A DNA stretch of 64,000 nt, taken from contig CP060227.1 of the NCBI GenBank assembly GCA_023898525.1, positions 301,634 to 365,633 on the forward strand, read 5' to 3'. Every line of letters begins with the position of its first letter. Within the stretch, counting starts at the first letter, position 1. A program made the position numbers and the translations under genes. Below, in pieces: positions 1 through 9,391 of this stretch. Source of the DNA: Candidatus Nomurabacteria bacterium (GTDB lineage: Bacteria; Patescibacteriota; Minisyncoccia; Phycocordibacterales; UBA918). The notes beneath the pieces were generated by a model, which did not search any database, was not told the origin of the DNA, and worked only from the letters and a program-made list of their open reading frames with translations.

Positions 1-436
1 ATCCGGCGAAGTAGATAACCTTTTCTACCGCAGAAGCAGTAATACCGAGAATCATGGCGATTCGACTTGGTACACCACGCAAAAACCAGATGTGTGACAC
101 TGGAATACAAAGATCAATGTGTCCCATTCGTTCTCGACGTACAATCGCACGAGTCACTTCCACTCCACATTTTTCACAGACGATTCCTTTGTAGCGGATA
201 CCTCGATACTTTTTACACGAACACTCATAGTCCTCAACCGGACCAAAAATACGTTCGTCAAATAGACCATGCTTTTCTGGACGCTGGGTACGATAATTAA
301 TAGTTTCCGGCTTTGTCACCTCTCCGTGTGACCAATCAAGAATGGTCTCCGGGGCAGCTAAGCGCAAACTAATCTCAGTAAAATTAGTTGGAGCAGCCGG
401 AGCTTGTTTGGTGAATGATGATGTTTTAGTAGACAT
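1..436 (-). CDS. rpoC: DNA-directed RNA polymerase subunit beta' (rpoC), N-terminal fragment running off the window
   Basis: Reverse translation from 436 reads [16 protein letters not shown]...[33 protein letters not shown]...GHIDL, the conserved beta' N-terminal zinc-finger region. It lies immediately downstream of rpoB on the same strand, the canonical rpoB-rpoC order. The 67..300 plus-strand ORF is antisense to it. Confidence 0.85.
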   Translation of the reverse strand, partial: MSTKTSSFTKQAPAAPTNFTEISLRLAAPETILDWSHGEVTKPETINYRTQRPEKHGLFDERIFGPVEDYECSCKKYRGIRYKGIVCEKCGVEVTRAIVRRERMGHIDLCIPVSHIWFLRGVPSRIAMILGITASAVEKVIYFAG

Positions 437-446
437 ATTATTTATT

Positions 447-3400
447 TTACGCTGATTCATAATCTCGCTTCGGACGTTCTGCTCTATCTAATTTTACGTC
501 CAGTGATAATCCTCTAAGCTGGTTAACCAACACATTGAAAGCGGCTGGTGTATGTGGGTGACTGATTTTTTCACCACGCACGATCGCGTCAAAAGCCGCT
601 GACCTTCCAACAATATCGTCAGACTTAATAGTCAACATTTCGCGTAGAGTATAAGCAGCTCCATAACCCAGAAGTGCCCACACCTCCATTTCTCCAAATC
701 TCTGACCTCCGATCTGAGCCTTTCCACCAAGTGGCTGCTGGGTAATAAGTGAGTATGGACCAATTGAACGCATGTGAATCTTATCTTCCACCATGTGGTG
801 CAATTTAAGAATATACATGTAACCAACCGCAGTTTTCTGAGCAAATTTATCACCAGTCAAACCATCACGTAGTTGAATCTTTCCATCCTCTGGTAAACCG
901 GCTGCTTTTAGCTCAGCTTTTACATGGTCTTCAGTCGCTCCAGCAAACGGTGGAACAATAGCTTGGTAACCAAGAGTGTTAGCCGCCATACCTAGGTGGA
1001 GTTCTAGAATCTGTCCAAGGTTCATACGAGAAGGTACTCCAAGCGGTGTAAGCAAGACATCAATTGGTTGACCATCTTCGGTATACGGCATGTCTTCTTC
1101 CGGCAAGATACGAGAGATAACTCCCTTGTTTCCGTGTCGTCCAGCTAGCTTGTCTCCCACAGACACATTTCTAACTTGGGCGATTGTGACATGAATACGC
1201 TTGATTACACCGCTTTCAAGCTGATGTCCGTTGTCTCGAGAGAAAATCTTTACCCCGATCACACGACCCCGCTTACCAGCTTCAAGTCGTAATGAAGTAT
1301 CCTTCACATCCTTTGCTTTTTCACCAAAGATCGAGCGTAATAGTCGCTCTTCTGGAGAAAGTTGAGTTTCACCTTTTGGTGTTACCTTACCAACCAAGAT
1401 ATCTCCCGGTCGCACCTCCGCTCCGATACGGATGATACCGTCCTCATCTAGGTTGCGAAGTTTTAGTTCTGACACATTTGGAATGTCTGAAGAAGTAACT
1501 TCTGGACCAAGTTTAGTGTCACGTACTGACACCTCAAGCTCATCGAGGTGAATAGTTGAGAACTTACTTTGCTTTACCAAGCGCTCAGAAATAACAATCG
1601 CATCTTCGTAGTTAGCACCATTCCAACTCATGAAAGCCACAAGAGCGTTTTGACCTACCGCAATCTGACCGTTATCAGTTGACGATGTATCAGCCAACAA
1701 ATCACCTCGCTTCACCTTATCTCCGACGGTTACCGCTGGTCGATGATAGAAAGCTGAGAAGTCATTAGTTCTTTGGAATGAAGTGAGTGGATAATCTTTT
1801 TTCTTGCCGTCTTTGTTCTTTACCACTATGTGTTTCGCATCACATTCTACCACCTCACCAGCTTCAGATGCATAAATAACTCTATGAGTATCACGAGCCA
1901 CCATACCTTCTACACCAGTCGCCACAATCGGTGCTTCTTGAACTAGACAAGGAGTAGCCTGCTTCTGCATGTTTGAACCCATCAGAGTACGGTTGGCATC
2001 GTCATGGTTCATAAAAGGAATCATGGAGGTTGCCACTGAGAATGGCTGATTGGTTGCCACATCAATATACTCGACTTCCTTAGCTGGGATTAGGCGAGGT
2101 GTACCCTTAGCTCGCGCCTCAATAAACTCACCCTTTATCTTACCTTTCGCATCAACCTCAACCGCCGCATGAGCAATGTTGTATTTCTCCTCTTCGTGAG
2201 CATTGAAGTAAGTAACCTCACCGGTAATAACTCCCTTTTCTACTTTAGCGTAAGGTGTCTCGATAATACCAAAACGATTGACCCTAGAGTACATTGACAG
2301 GCGAAGGATCAAACCAATGTTCGGACCTTCCGGTGTATGAATAGGACAAAGGCGTCCGTAGTGAGAAGGGTGGATGTCACGCACCTCAAAGCTCGCTCGC
2401 TCGCGAGTAAGTCCACCTGGACCCAAAGCTGATAAAGTTCGTAAATGTTCGATTTCAGCCAAAATATTCTGCTGTTGCGAGAACTGAGAAAGCTGGTTGG
2501 TCGTGAAGAATTCTTTGATAGCAGCTTGGAGTGGACGTGGATTAATGATCTGCATTGGTAGACTAGTCTCAGCCTCAATCGTAGACATACGATCTTGAAT
2601 ATTTCGCTTCATGCGAGTCATACCGACCCGAACACGTTGTTGGAGCATTTCACCAAAGTAGCGCACACGACGAAAACCGAGGTGATCGATATCATCAGCC
2701 ACTGCTCCCGGTTCATGGTTTTGCACCACGATGTGAGACAAAATAAGTTTGAAGTCCTCGATTGAAACAGTTCGTTCGTCGGTTGCCTTCTTATCAATCG
2801 GACGGCCAAATCGCTCATTGAAGTGATGACGACCGATTTCAGATAAGTCGTATCTAGCTGGAGTGAAGATAGAATTAACAAACTCACGAGCGTTTTCTAC
2901 GGTTGCCAAATCACCGTCACGCAAACGCTTATAGATTTCGATATAAGACTCATCGGTAGTTTTAGCCGGGTCTTTAGCAATAGTTGCTTTCATGTATTCC
3001 TCACCACGCTCCACTCCCTTAAGTAAAGCAATCATGTCCTTATCTTTTTCTAGACCAAGCACGCGAAGCACTGAAGAAACTGGGAATTTCTTTTTGCGGT
3101 CGATCTTTACATAGATAACACCATCAGCCTCTGACTCGATTTCAATCCATACTCCACGAGCCGGAATAATCTTAGCGCCAAAAAGCTGTTTGCCCTTTGA
3201 TTCAGTCTGGGTAAAGAAGATACCATAAGAACGAGCCAGCTGCGGAACGATTACACGCTCTACACCATTGATGATGAAAGTACCATGTTCAGTCATAACC
3301 GGCAGATCGGTCATAAAGATTTCCTGATCCTTTTCACTTTCAAAGGTCTTGTTCTTCAAAATCACATGCGCTCGAAGCGGTGCTTCATAAGTGATTTTAT

Positions 3401-3674
3401 TCTCCTTGGCAAACTCTGGAGTACACTTAGGGGAACCTAGCTCATACTTTTTGAACTTCATCTCAAACTTCTTTTCAGAATAGTCACTAATTGGTGAAAA
3501 TTCAGTAAAAATTTCTTTTAGAGCAGTTTCCACAAACCAACGAAAAGATTCGCGCTGTGGCTCAATCAGGTCCGGCAACGGAATCTTTGGATCCGCACTC
3601 ACCTGGAAGCGCTTTTGCGGCATATTTCCAACTGAAACTCTTTGTTCCTCTTTATGCTTTATTCCCATAAACAC
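447..3674 (-). CDS. rpoB: DNA-directed RNA polymerase subunit beta
   Basis: 1075-aa ORF with the hallmark RpoB motifs ([23 protein letters not shown]-like MGSNMQKQA). Full length, no internal stops. Confidence 0.95.
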   Translation of the reverse strand: MFMGIKHKEEQRVSVGNMPQKRFQVSADPKIPLPDLIEPQRESFRWFVETALKEIFTEFSPISDYSEKKFEMKFKKYELGSPKCTPEFAKENKITYEAPLRAHVILKNKTFESEKDQEIFMTDLPVMTEHGTFIINGVERVIVPQLARSYGIFFTQTESKGKQLFGAKIIPARGVWIEIESEADGVIYVKIDRKKKFPVSSVLRVLGLEKDKDMIALLKGVERGEEYMKATIAKDPAKTTDESYIEIYKRLRDGDLATVENAREFVNSIFTPARYDLSEIGRHHFNERFGRPIDKKATDERTVSIEDFKLILSHIVVQNHEPGAVADDIDHLGFRRVRYFGEMLQQRVRVGMTRMKRNIQDRMSTIEAETSLPMQIINPRPLQAAIKEFFTTNQLSQFSQQQNILAEIEHLRTLSALGPGGLTRERASFEVRDIHPSHYGRLCPIHTPEGPNIGLILRLSMYSRVNRFGIIETPYAKVEKGVITGEVTYFNAHEEEKYNIAHAAVEVDAKGKIKGEFIEARAKGTPRLIPAKEVEYIDVATNQPFSVATSMIPFMNHDDANRTLMGSNMQKQATPCLVQEAPIVATGVEGMVARDTHRVIYASEAGEVVECDAKHIVVKNKDGKKKDYPLTSFQRTNDFSAFYHRPAVTVGDKVKRGDLLADTSSTDNGQIAVGQNALVAFMSWNGANYEDAIVISERLVKQSKFSTIHLDELEVSVRDTKLGPEVTSSDIPNVSELKLRNLDEDGIIRIGAEVRPGDILVGKVTPKGETQLSPEERLLRSIFGEKAKDVKDTSLRLEAGKRGRVIGVKIFSRDNGHQLESGVIKRIHVTIAQVRNVSVGDKLAGRHGNKGVISRILPEEDMPYTEDGQPIDVLLTPLGVPSRMNLGQILELHLGMAANTLGYQAIVPPFAGATEDHVKAELKAAGLPEDGKIQLRDGLTGDKFAQKTAVGYMYILKLHHMVEDKIHMRSIGPYSLITQQPLGGKAQIGGQRFGEMEVWALLGYGAAYTLREMLTIKSDDIVGRSAAFDAIVRGEKISHPHTPAAFNVLVNQLRGLSLDVKLDRAERPKRDYESA

Positions 3675-3869
3675 TTAAATATATAAATTAATTACCTCCA
3701 AAACCAAACACACCACAAAACGCGCCTATTTGCGCTTTTTATGACAGTTTTAGTTTTACTTGATTAATATCGACATCACGTGCTTCGTGATTTACCCCGC
3801 GATATGAAAATCTCCCATCCACAACTCATTCGAGACCCCTTTGCGTTTGTGGCGGAATTATAACAAAAT

Positions 3870-3937
3870 AAGAATTTTTCGCAAGGGTGGATATCTAATA
3901 ACTCCACCCCCATTTTTTTGCTAGCTAATGACTGCCC
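3870..3937 (-). terminator. Hairpin (gggtgga...tccaccc) between trmD and the rpoB promoter region
   Basis: 7-bp stem inverted repeat directly after the trmD stop. The T-tract is weak on the minus strand. Confidence 0.3.
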
Positions 3938-4612
3938 TTAGCTTTCCCTTTGCCACTTCTCTACCAAAGCCGGATTTCCGCTTAAAAGCACTTCTGGCAC
4001 CTTGTATTCCTGCTTTTTGTACTTAAAAACTTCTGGCCTAGTGTAGACCTTACCGTTCGTAAGCCGCTCGTCTTCTAGTGACTCAAAATCTCCCAACACA
4101 CCAGGAATCTGCCTAGCTGTCGCATCTATTATAGTAAGGGCTGGTAGCTCACCGCCGGTCAAGATATAGTCACCAACCGATACTTCCTCGGCGTTAGTAA
4201 TTTGTCTTACCCGATCATCAATTCCTTCATAGCGCCCACTGATCAAGACCAGATGATCGTATTTTTTAGCATACTCCTTGGCCAAATCTTGGGTAAACTT
4301 CTTTCCTCGCGGCGACATGATAAGAGTCTTAACCTTTTTCTGATCACGCTTTCGCCCAACCGCCTTGTCCCAAGCTTTTACCACCGGTTCTACTTGCATT
4401 ACCATCCCTGGCCCACCACCGTATGGTTTATCGTCCACCTTATAATGTTTACTTTGAGAGAAATCACGTGGATTATAGTATGAAACCTCGATTTTCTTAC
4501 CCCGCACCTTTGCTCCTTTACCTTTATTAGTCTTCTGTGCCCGCCCCAAAATACTCACGCCAGTGTACGCCCGGCAAACATCTGGAAACAATGTAATGAT
4601 ATGAAAATGCAT
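3938..4612 (-). CDS. trmD: tRNA (guanine37-N1)-methyltransferase
   Basis: N-terminus MHFHIITLFPDV and the SGRYEGIDDRV motif are typical of the SPOUT-fold TrmD. 224 aa. Confidence 0.88.
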   Translation of the reverse strand: MHFHIITLFPDVCRAYTGVSILGRAQKTNKGKGAKVRGKKIEVSYYNPRDFSQSKHYKVDDKPYGGGPGMVMQVEPVVKAWDKAVGRKRDQKKVKTLIMSPRGKKFTQDLAKEYAKKYDHLVLISGRYEGIDDRVRQITNAEEVSVGDYILTGGELPALTIIDATARQIPGVLGDFESLEDERLTNGKVYTRPEVFKYKKQEYKVPEVLLSGNPALVEKWQRES

Positions 4613-4620
4613 ATTGAGAA

Positions 4621-4899
4621 CTAAAATTTATTTGTTTCAACTTTTTTATATAAAAAGAATTGAAAAACTACAACCAATGACATTAATGCTCCGATTGTCA
4701 TTGGAATAATCAATACCCAATCTTTTAACATAATTCCATACAAAACCCAAAACGAGTAAGAAATAGCAAGAATAAAGAAATAAAAGAAAGACAATCCTTC
4801 GACGCTTTTTCTTTCTTTATTTTTCTTTACCTGAGCACTCAAACCTAATCCAGTTACTATAAGTGATAGAAGTACAGTAATTACACCAATGATTTCCAT
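4621..4899 (-). CDS. Small 3-TM membrane protein, PQ-loop/SemiSWEET-like or LAB_N-like
   Basis: 92 aa with three predicted TM helices. The pattern ...AQVKKNKERKSVEGLSFFYFFILAISYSFWVLYGI... resembles the PQ-loop motif of SemiSWEET/LAB_N proteins. Confidence 0.35.
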   Translation of the reverse strand: MEIIGVITVLLSLIVTGLGLSAQVKKNKERKSVEGLSFFYFFILAISYSFWVLYGIMLKDWVLIIPMTIGALMSLVVVFQFFLYKKVETNKF

Positions 4900-4971
4900 A
4901 TACAGATTGTATCATCTATATAAATAAAAACACCACTTGTTTGTGAGTGGTGTTTTTATTCTATTTTTTAT

Positions 4972-5328
4972 CTATATCTTCAAGTCCTCAATCGCTTGAT
5001 CTAGAGACTTTGGCTCGGTGGCTGGGTTATCTTCATTCATGGCCTCAGACATCTCTCGATCCATACCCCGACTTCCCCCTTCCGGTTCATTGATCTTAAG
5101 ATTGACGCGGGCGTCATTTTTCATACCCACGACGCGGAGCAAGGTACGAATAGCCTTGGCAGTATTGCCCGAACGACCAATAATCTTACCCATATCATCA
5201 GCATGCACATCAAGTGTTAACAACACACCCATCTCATCGACAGTGCGGTTAATCTTAACACTTTCTGGATGATCAACTAGCGCTTTAACTAGCGATTCTA
5301 GAAACTGCTTATCTTCGTGCGTATCCAT
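4972..5328 (-). CDS. KH-domain RNA-binding protein (UPF0109/YlqC-like)
   Basis: KIIGRSGNTAKAIRTLLRV is a type-II KH GXXG loop. It sits between rpsP and trmD as in the conserved rpsP-KH-(rimM)-trmD operon. rimM and rplS are absent here. Confidence 0.7.
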   Translation of the reverse strand: MDTHEDKQFLESLVKALVDHPESVKINRTVDEMGVLLTLDVHADDMGKIIGRSGNTAKAIRTLLRVVGMKNDARVNLKINEPEGGSRGMDREMSEAMNEDNPATEPKSLDQAIEDLKI

Positions 5329-5461
5329 AAAATCAAATTCTTATCTAATCTAGTAAGCATGCGTCAAAAGATGACGTTGCTTGTATAATAATACGTAAGC
5401 TTTAATCAAGCGTCAACACAAAACCCGTGTATATAAACACAGGCTTGATTCATTTTTACAC

Positions 5462-5902
5462 TTAAGCGGCGGTAGCCGGAGCAACTTCTTCTTCAGTCTT
5501 AGCTTCCGCTTCAGCTGACTCCTCTTCCTTTACCTCCTCGGCTTCACTAGCTTCAGCAGCTGCCTTGGCCTCTGCCTCAGCTTTTTCCTTAGCTTCCGCT
5601 TCAGCCTTGAGTTTAGCTTCATCAATAATCGGTGACTTTTTTGGTAAAACATTCTTTTTCTTACCCTCTATCACTTTATTTGAAACCAAGATGTTGTAGA
5701 CAGTGTCTGAAGGCTGTACACCCTGACTAAGCCAGTGCTTGGCTTTTTCTCCATCTAGCTGAACATGATTTAGCTTTGGGTTGTATGAGCCTAGATGATC
5801 CACATGCTTGTTACTCTTGGGACCAGTTCTTTTGTCTACCACCACAATTCTGTATGAGGGGTCGTTTTTCCGACCAACCCGTTGTAAACGCATCATTAAC
5901 AT
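5462..5902 (-). CDS. rpsP: 30S ribosomal protein bS16 with an Ala/Glu/Lys-rich C-terminal extension
   Basis: The internal Met gives MLMMRLQRVGRKNDPSYRIVVVD, which aligns with the bS16 N-terminus MVKIRLARFGRK..YRIVV. The ORF-track start at 5992 adds 30 non-conserved residues and is probably wrong. The C-terminal ~45 aa are a low-complexity KAEAEAKEKAEAE tail. Confidence 0.82.
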   Translation of the reverse strand: MLMMRLQRVGRKNDPSYRIVVVDKRTGPKSNKHVDHLGSYNPKLNHVQLDGEKAKHWLSQGVQPSDTVYNILVSNKVIEGKKKNVLPKKSPIIDEAKLKAEAEAKEKAEAEAKAAAEASEAEEVKEEESAEAEAKTEEEVAPATAA

Positions 5903-6020
5903 AAGTGGAGCTAGAGTAGCAGATTGTATAGGTTTGGTCAACAGGCAAAATAGGTGTGGGTTCATGTATAAAAAAGCCACATGACAACGCATGCCCGTGG
6001 CTTTTTAAACCCGACTGGAA

Positions 6021-6383
6021 TTAAGTTACCAATTGTGGCTCCAAAGAACCTTCCCTAAACTTAAATAAAGAGAATTCCCTCACTTTGGTATTCTTATCAT
6101 CAGGACACAGATAAATTGCTACGTAACTCGGTACACTCACCCCTCCGTCAAGAACAAATCCTATATTAGCATCAACACTGATGGATTTACCCTCTTTACA
6201 AACTTTCCCAGTAAACAGCATAGAATAAATTCTTTTGTTACTTGAACATATATATTCACAATCAAACATATCTTTCTCAAGACAAAAAGATGAATCAATT
6301 TTTTGCAAGGCAGGGACAACTTGCGTCATGGCCAGTATACCTAACACACCTTCTAGACCATCGTCCATTTTAGGAATAATCAT
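6021..6383 (-). CDS. Hypothetical protein (Cys-rich, AT-rich gene)
   Basis: 120-aa ORF with no recognisable motif, in an AT-rich local composition. Confidence 0.3.
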   Translation of the reverse strand: MIIPKMDDGLEGVLGILAMTQVVPALQKIDSSFCLEKDMFDCEYICSSNKRIYSMLFTGKVCKEGKSISVDANIGFVLDGGVSVPSYVAIYLCPDDKNTKVREFSLFKFREGSLEPQLVT

Positions 6384-6524
6384 AAGTTATTACCTCCAAA
6401 ATAATTTTCACAAAAAACAACCCAACTGCTTTTGGTAGCATATATAACAAATTTAAAATGTCAAATTAACTCGTCACTCAATACAACAGTGGAAATATTA
6501 ATAGTCAATGCTATACTGACCACC

Positions 6525-8465
6525 ATGAATAATCTAAATACATACGAAGGGATAATCATGATCCGGGGCAAAGGGACCGGTTTTGTGAACCATCCTGACT
6601 TTGAGGAGGATATCGTGATCGAGCGCGAAGCCTTAGGCTTCGCGCTCGATGGTGACATCGTAAAAATCGAGTTAAAGAAAAAAGTCCCCGGCAAAAGACG
6701 TGAGGGTAAGGTGTTAGAAGTAGTTAAACCAGCCTATCGAGAACTAATCGGTGTCGTCAAAGAAAAGACCGAAAACGGCCAAACTGTTAAGTTTTTAAAT
6801 CCTGACAACCACCGTATTCACATCCGTCCCCTACTTCCAGAAGCTACCAGCAACGACCTTGATATGAAGGTGGTCGTAGAAATTACCAAATGGACCCAAC
6901 CTCTCCTTGATCCAATCGCCAAAATCAGCGAGACCATCGGCCACGCCGGAGATCATGAGACCGAAATGCAAGCCATCATCAGAAGTGGCGGTTTTGCTAA
7001 GACTTTCCCAGAATCAGTCCAAAAAGCCGCCCAGGATTTACACAGTAACCAAGAACAGATTTTTGCCGACGCTCTAAAAGACCCAAAACGTCGCGACTTT
7101 CGTGGCGTTACTACCATGACTATCGACCCAGCGGACGCCAAGGACTTTGACGATGCTCTTTCCTGTCAATTTTTACCATCTGGTAATGTAGAAATCGGTA
7201 TTCACATCGCCGACGTATCACACTACGTTCGTGAAAACGACGACATAGACACCGAGGCCAAAGAACGTGCCACTTCTGTTTACCTGGTAGACCGCGTAAT
7301 TCCGATGTTACCGGAAATTTTGTCTAATGACCTCTGTTCCCTAAGACCAAACGAAGACCGCTTAGCTTTCTCAGCTGTTTTTGAACTGACTCCAGAAGCA
7401 AAGATTGTAAACGCTTGGTACGGTCAAACCATCATCCACTCCGATCAACGCTTCAGTTATGAAGATGCCCAAAAAGTACTAGACGAAAAAGACGGACCAT
7501 ATCTGAAAGAACTACAAACCATGATGGATCTTGGTCGTATATTGCGCAAAAAGCGCTACCAGGCCGGTGCTATCGCCTTTGAGCAGCCGGAAGTAAAGTT
7601 TGAGCTAGACGAACGCGGTGCGCCAATTCGTGCTTACGCCAAAGTCCGCACCGAAACCATGCTTATGATCGAAGACTTTATGCTTCTAGCTAACCGCGAG
7701 GTAGCTACCCATGTCTACGATCTCTGTAAAGACAAAGGGCGTGATGTGGCTTTCGTCTACCGTATCCACGACACTCCAGACCCAGACAAACTAGAAGAAC
7801 TTGGTTCTTTCCTTAGAGCAATTGGCTATGAATTTGAGGTCAATAAAGGTATGGTCAAAGCGACCACTATCAACAAACTCTTAGAAGAAGTGACCGGAAA
7901 GCCGGAAGAAAACCTCATTAAAACAGCCACTATTCGCACCATGGCCAAAGCCATTTACTCTACCAAAAATATTGGTCACTTCGGTCTCGCTTTCAAATTT
8001 TATACTCACTTCACTTCCCCGATTCGTCGCTACCCTGACCTGATGGTACACCGCATGCTTCGTCGCCATTTAGACAACTCTACCATCGGACCAAAAGAAC
8101 TAGCGAAGTACGAACAAATGTCACTGAAGTCTTCGCAACGCGAAATGGAAGCCGTGTCAGCCGAACGCGACTCAATCAAATTCAAACAAGTCGAATACCT
8201 AATGAACAAAATCGGCGAGACTTTCGAAGGAGTAATTACCGGGGTAACCGACTGGGGTATCTATGTGCAGGAAAAAAATACTCTAGCCGACGGTATGGTA
8301 CGTCTAGGTAGTATCAAGAGCGATTACTTTGAGCATGAGGCTAGTAAATACCGCATCAAAGGCCAAAAGACCGGTAAGGTCTATCAACTAGGTGACGAAG
8401 TGAAGGTGAAACTAACCCGTGCTGATAAGGATGAAAGGCAGCTGGATTTTGAGTTGGTAGTGTAA
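6525..8465 (+). CDS. rnr: Ribonuclease R / RNase II family 3'-5' exoribonuclease
   Basis: RNB catalytic-domain motifs (HFGLAFKFYTHFTSPIRRYPDLMVHR), N-terminal cold-shock/OB region (IRGKGTGFVNHP) and a C-terminal S1-like domain. The track start 6432 is a TTG; the ATG at 6525 (or 6558) is more plausible. Confidence 0.9.
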   Translation: MNNLNTYEGIIMIRGKGTGFVNHPDFEEDIVIEREALGFALDGDIVKIELKKKVPGKRREGKVLEVVKPAYRELIGVVKEKTENGQTVKFLNPDNHRIHIRPLLPEATSNDLDMKVVVEITKWTQPLLDPIAKISETIGHAGDHETEMQAIIRSGGFAKTFPESVQKAAQDLHSNQEQIFADALKDPKRRDFRGVTTMTIDPADAKDFDDALSCQFLPSGNVEIGIHIADVSHYVRENDDIDTEAKERATSVYLVDRVIPMLPEILSNDLCSLRPNEDRLAFSAVFELTPEAKIVNAWYGQTIIHSDQRFSYEDAQKVLDEKDGPYLKELQTMMDLGRILRKKRYQAGAIAFEQPEVKFELDERGAPIRAYAKVRTETMLMIEDFMLLANREVATHVYDLCKDKGRDVAFVYRIHDTPDPDKLEELGSFLRAIGYEFEVNKGMVKATTINKLLEEVTGKPEENLIKTATIRTMAKAIYSTKNIGHFGLAFKFYTHFTSPIRRYPDLMVHRMLRRHLDNSTIGPKELAKYEQMSLKSSQREMEAVSAERDSIKFKQVEYLMNKIGETFEGVITGVTDWGIYVQEKNTLADGMVRLGSIKSDYFEHEASKYRIKGQKTGKVYQLGDEVKVKLTRADKDERQLDFELVV

Positions 8466-8482
8466 GAGAATATACATACAAC

Positions 8483-8516
8483 AAACCCCGCTGTAATCTT
8501 GCCTTAAGCGGGGTTT
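8483..8516 (+). terminator. Rho-independent terminator after rnr
   Basis: aaccccgc...gcggggtt 8-bp GC stem followed by TTTT. Confidence 0.5.
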
Positions 8517-8523
8517 TAATCTA

Positions 8524-8994
8524 TCAGGTTTCAAGCATAAGACCGAGCTTCATACCATTAAACTGACCTCCTGAATATCTTACAAACTTAAACATATTAA
8601 GCTCAAGTTTTGATAAACTAGGACTATGCTTAACTAATACAATCTTATGCGGGTAACCGTCACATAAATACATATATAATTCTGCTACAAATATTTCAGA
8701 CTCATAAATCTCCACTCGATCAGTGTCTTTATTAAATAACAAACTTAGAGTCGGATGCTTGTACCTGCGTCTAAAATAATTTTGTTTTCCTACAATTTCT
8801 TCTATTGAGGACTGACAATGAGTAATATGTGTCCGGCAGAAATCAGTCCATCTGGGAGACTCTTTTAAAGCAGTTATTTCCTTGTACGTCCTTAGATTTT
8901 CATACAAAGCATTCCAGCTAGTATTACCTGAACGATCCAGTACTACAAGGTTAGTAAGCCAAATTCTAATTAATTCAATCAAATTTATCATCAA
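8524..8994 (-). CDS. Hypothetical protein (AT-rich, isolated between two terminators)
   Basis: 156-aa ORF with no recognisable domain, markedly more AT-rich than its neighbours. Confidence 0.35.
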   Translation of the reverse strand: MMINLIELIRIWLTNLVVLDRSGNTSWNALYENLRTYKEITALKESPRWTDFCRTHITHCQSSIEEIVGKQNYFRRRYKHPTLSLLFNKDTDRVEIYESEIFVAELYMYLCDGYPHKIVLVKHSPSLSKLELNMFKFVRYSGGQFNGMKLGLMLET

Positions 8995-9056
8995 CCACCT
9001 CCATTTGTTGGTTAATTAAAAAAATATATCCACAAAACCTAAAAGGTTTATAACAC

Positions 9057-9090
9057 AAAACCCCGCAAACTTAAAGGTTTGCGGGGTTTT
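9057..9090. terminator. Bidirectional rho-independent terminator
   Basis: Perfect 14-bp stem (aaaaccccgcaaac / gtttgcggggtttt) with an A-tract before and a T-tract after. Confidence 0.6.
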
Positions 9091-9109
9091 CATATATCCT
9101 GAAAGCATA

Positions 9110-9364
9110 TTAAAGGGTTTCTATAAGATCCGACACAGCTTTATCCTCTCGTTTTTCTTCAAGTTCTATTTCTGATTTTTCTTCCTCAGTAAACCCTCCT
9201 TTATCCCATCTATTCATCTTTTCTTCCAGCGTCTCGACTTTTTTGTCCTGAACCTCAAACACCTCTATTTGATTATCCGTATAAGTAAAATTTTTCACTA
9301 ATAAATTTACTATGAATAGAATGAAGATGAATAAGACAATTACCGTAATTATATCTTTTTTCAT
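9110..9364 (-). CDS. Small N-terminally membrane-anchored protein with an acidic tail
   Basis: 84 aa. The N-terminal hydrophobic helix (IITVIVLFIFILFIVNLLV) is followed by an E/K-rich segment. It lies just downstream of smc on the same strand. Confidence 0.4.
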   Translation of the reverse strand: MKKDIITVIVLFIFILFIVNLLVKNFTYTDNQIEVFEVQDKKVETLEEKMNRWDKGGFTEEEKSEIELEEKREDKAVSDLIETL

Positions 9365-9391
9365 AAATATCTTTCTAATCTAAAACCAGAA

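Noticed and set aside
67-300. 77-aa plus-strand ORF at the window start
   Set aside because: It lies antisense to the well-conserved rpoC N-terminus encoded on the minus strand (1..436) and has no motif or coding signal of its own.
632-2887. Short antisense or alternate-frame ORFs inside rpoB (632..853, 2309..2578, 2618..2887)
   Set aside because: They are embedded in a strongly conserved essential gene in other frames, and are typical spurious ORFs.
5903-5992. 30-aa N-terminal extension of rpsP from the ORF-track start
   Set aside because: The internal Met at 5902 aligns with the universally conserved bS16 N-terminus (MxxIRLxRxGRK), and the upstream residues are not conserved.
6432-6524. 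TTG start for RNase R at 6432
   Set aside because: The first 31 residues are not conserved. An ATG at 6525 (or 6558) immediately precedes the conserved N-terminal OB-fold segment.
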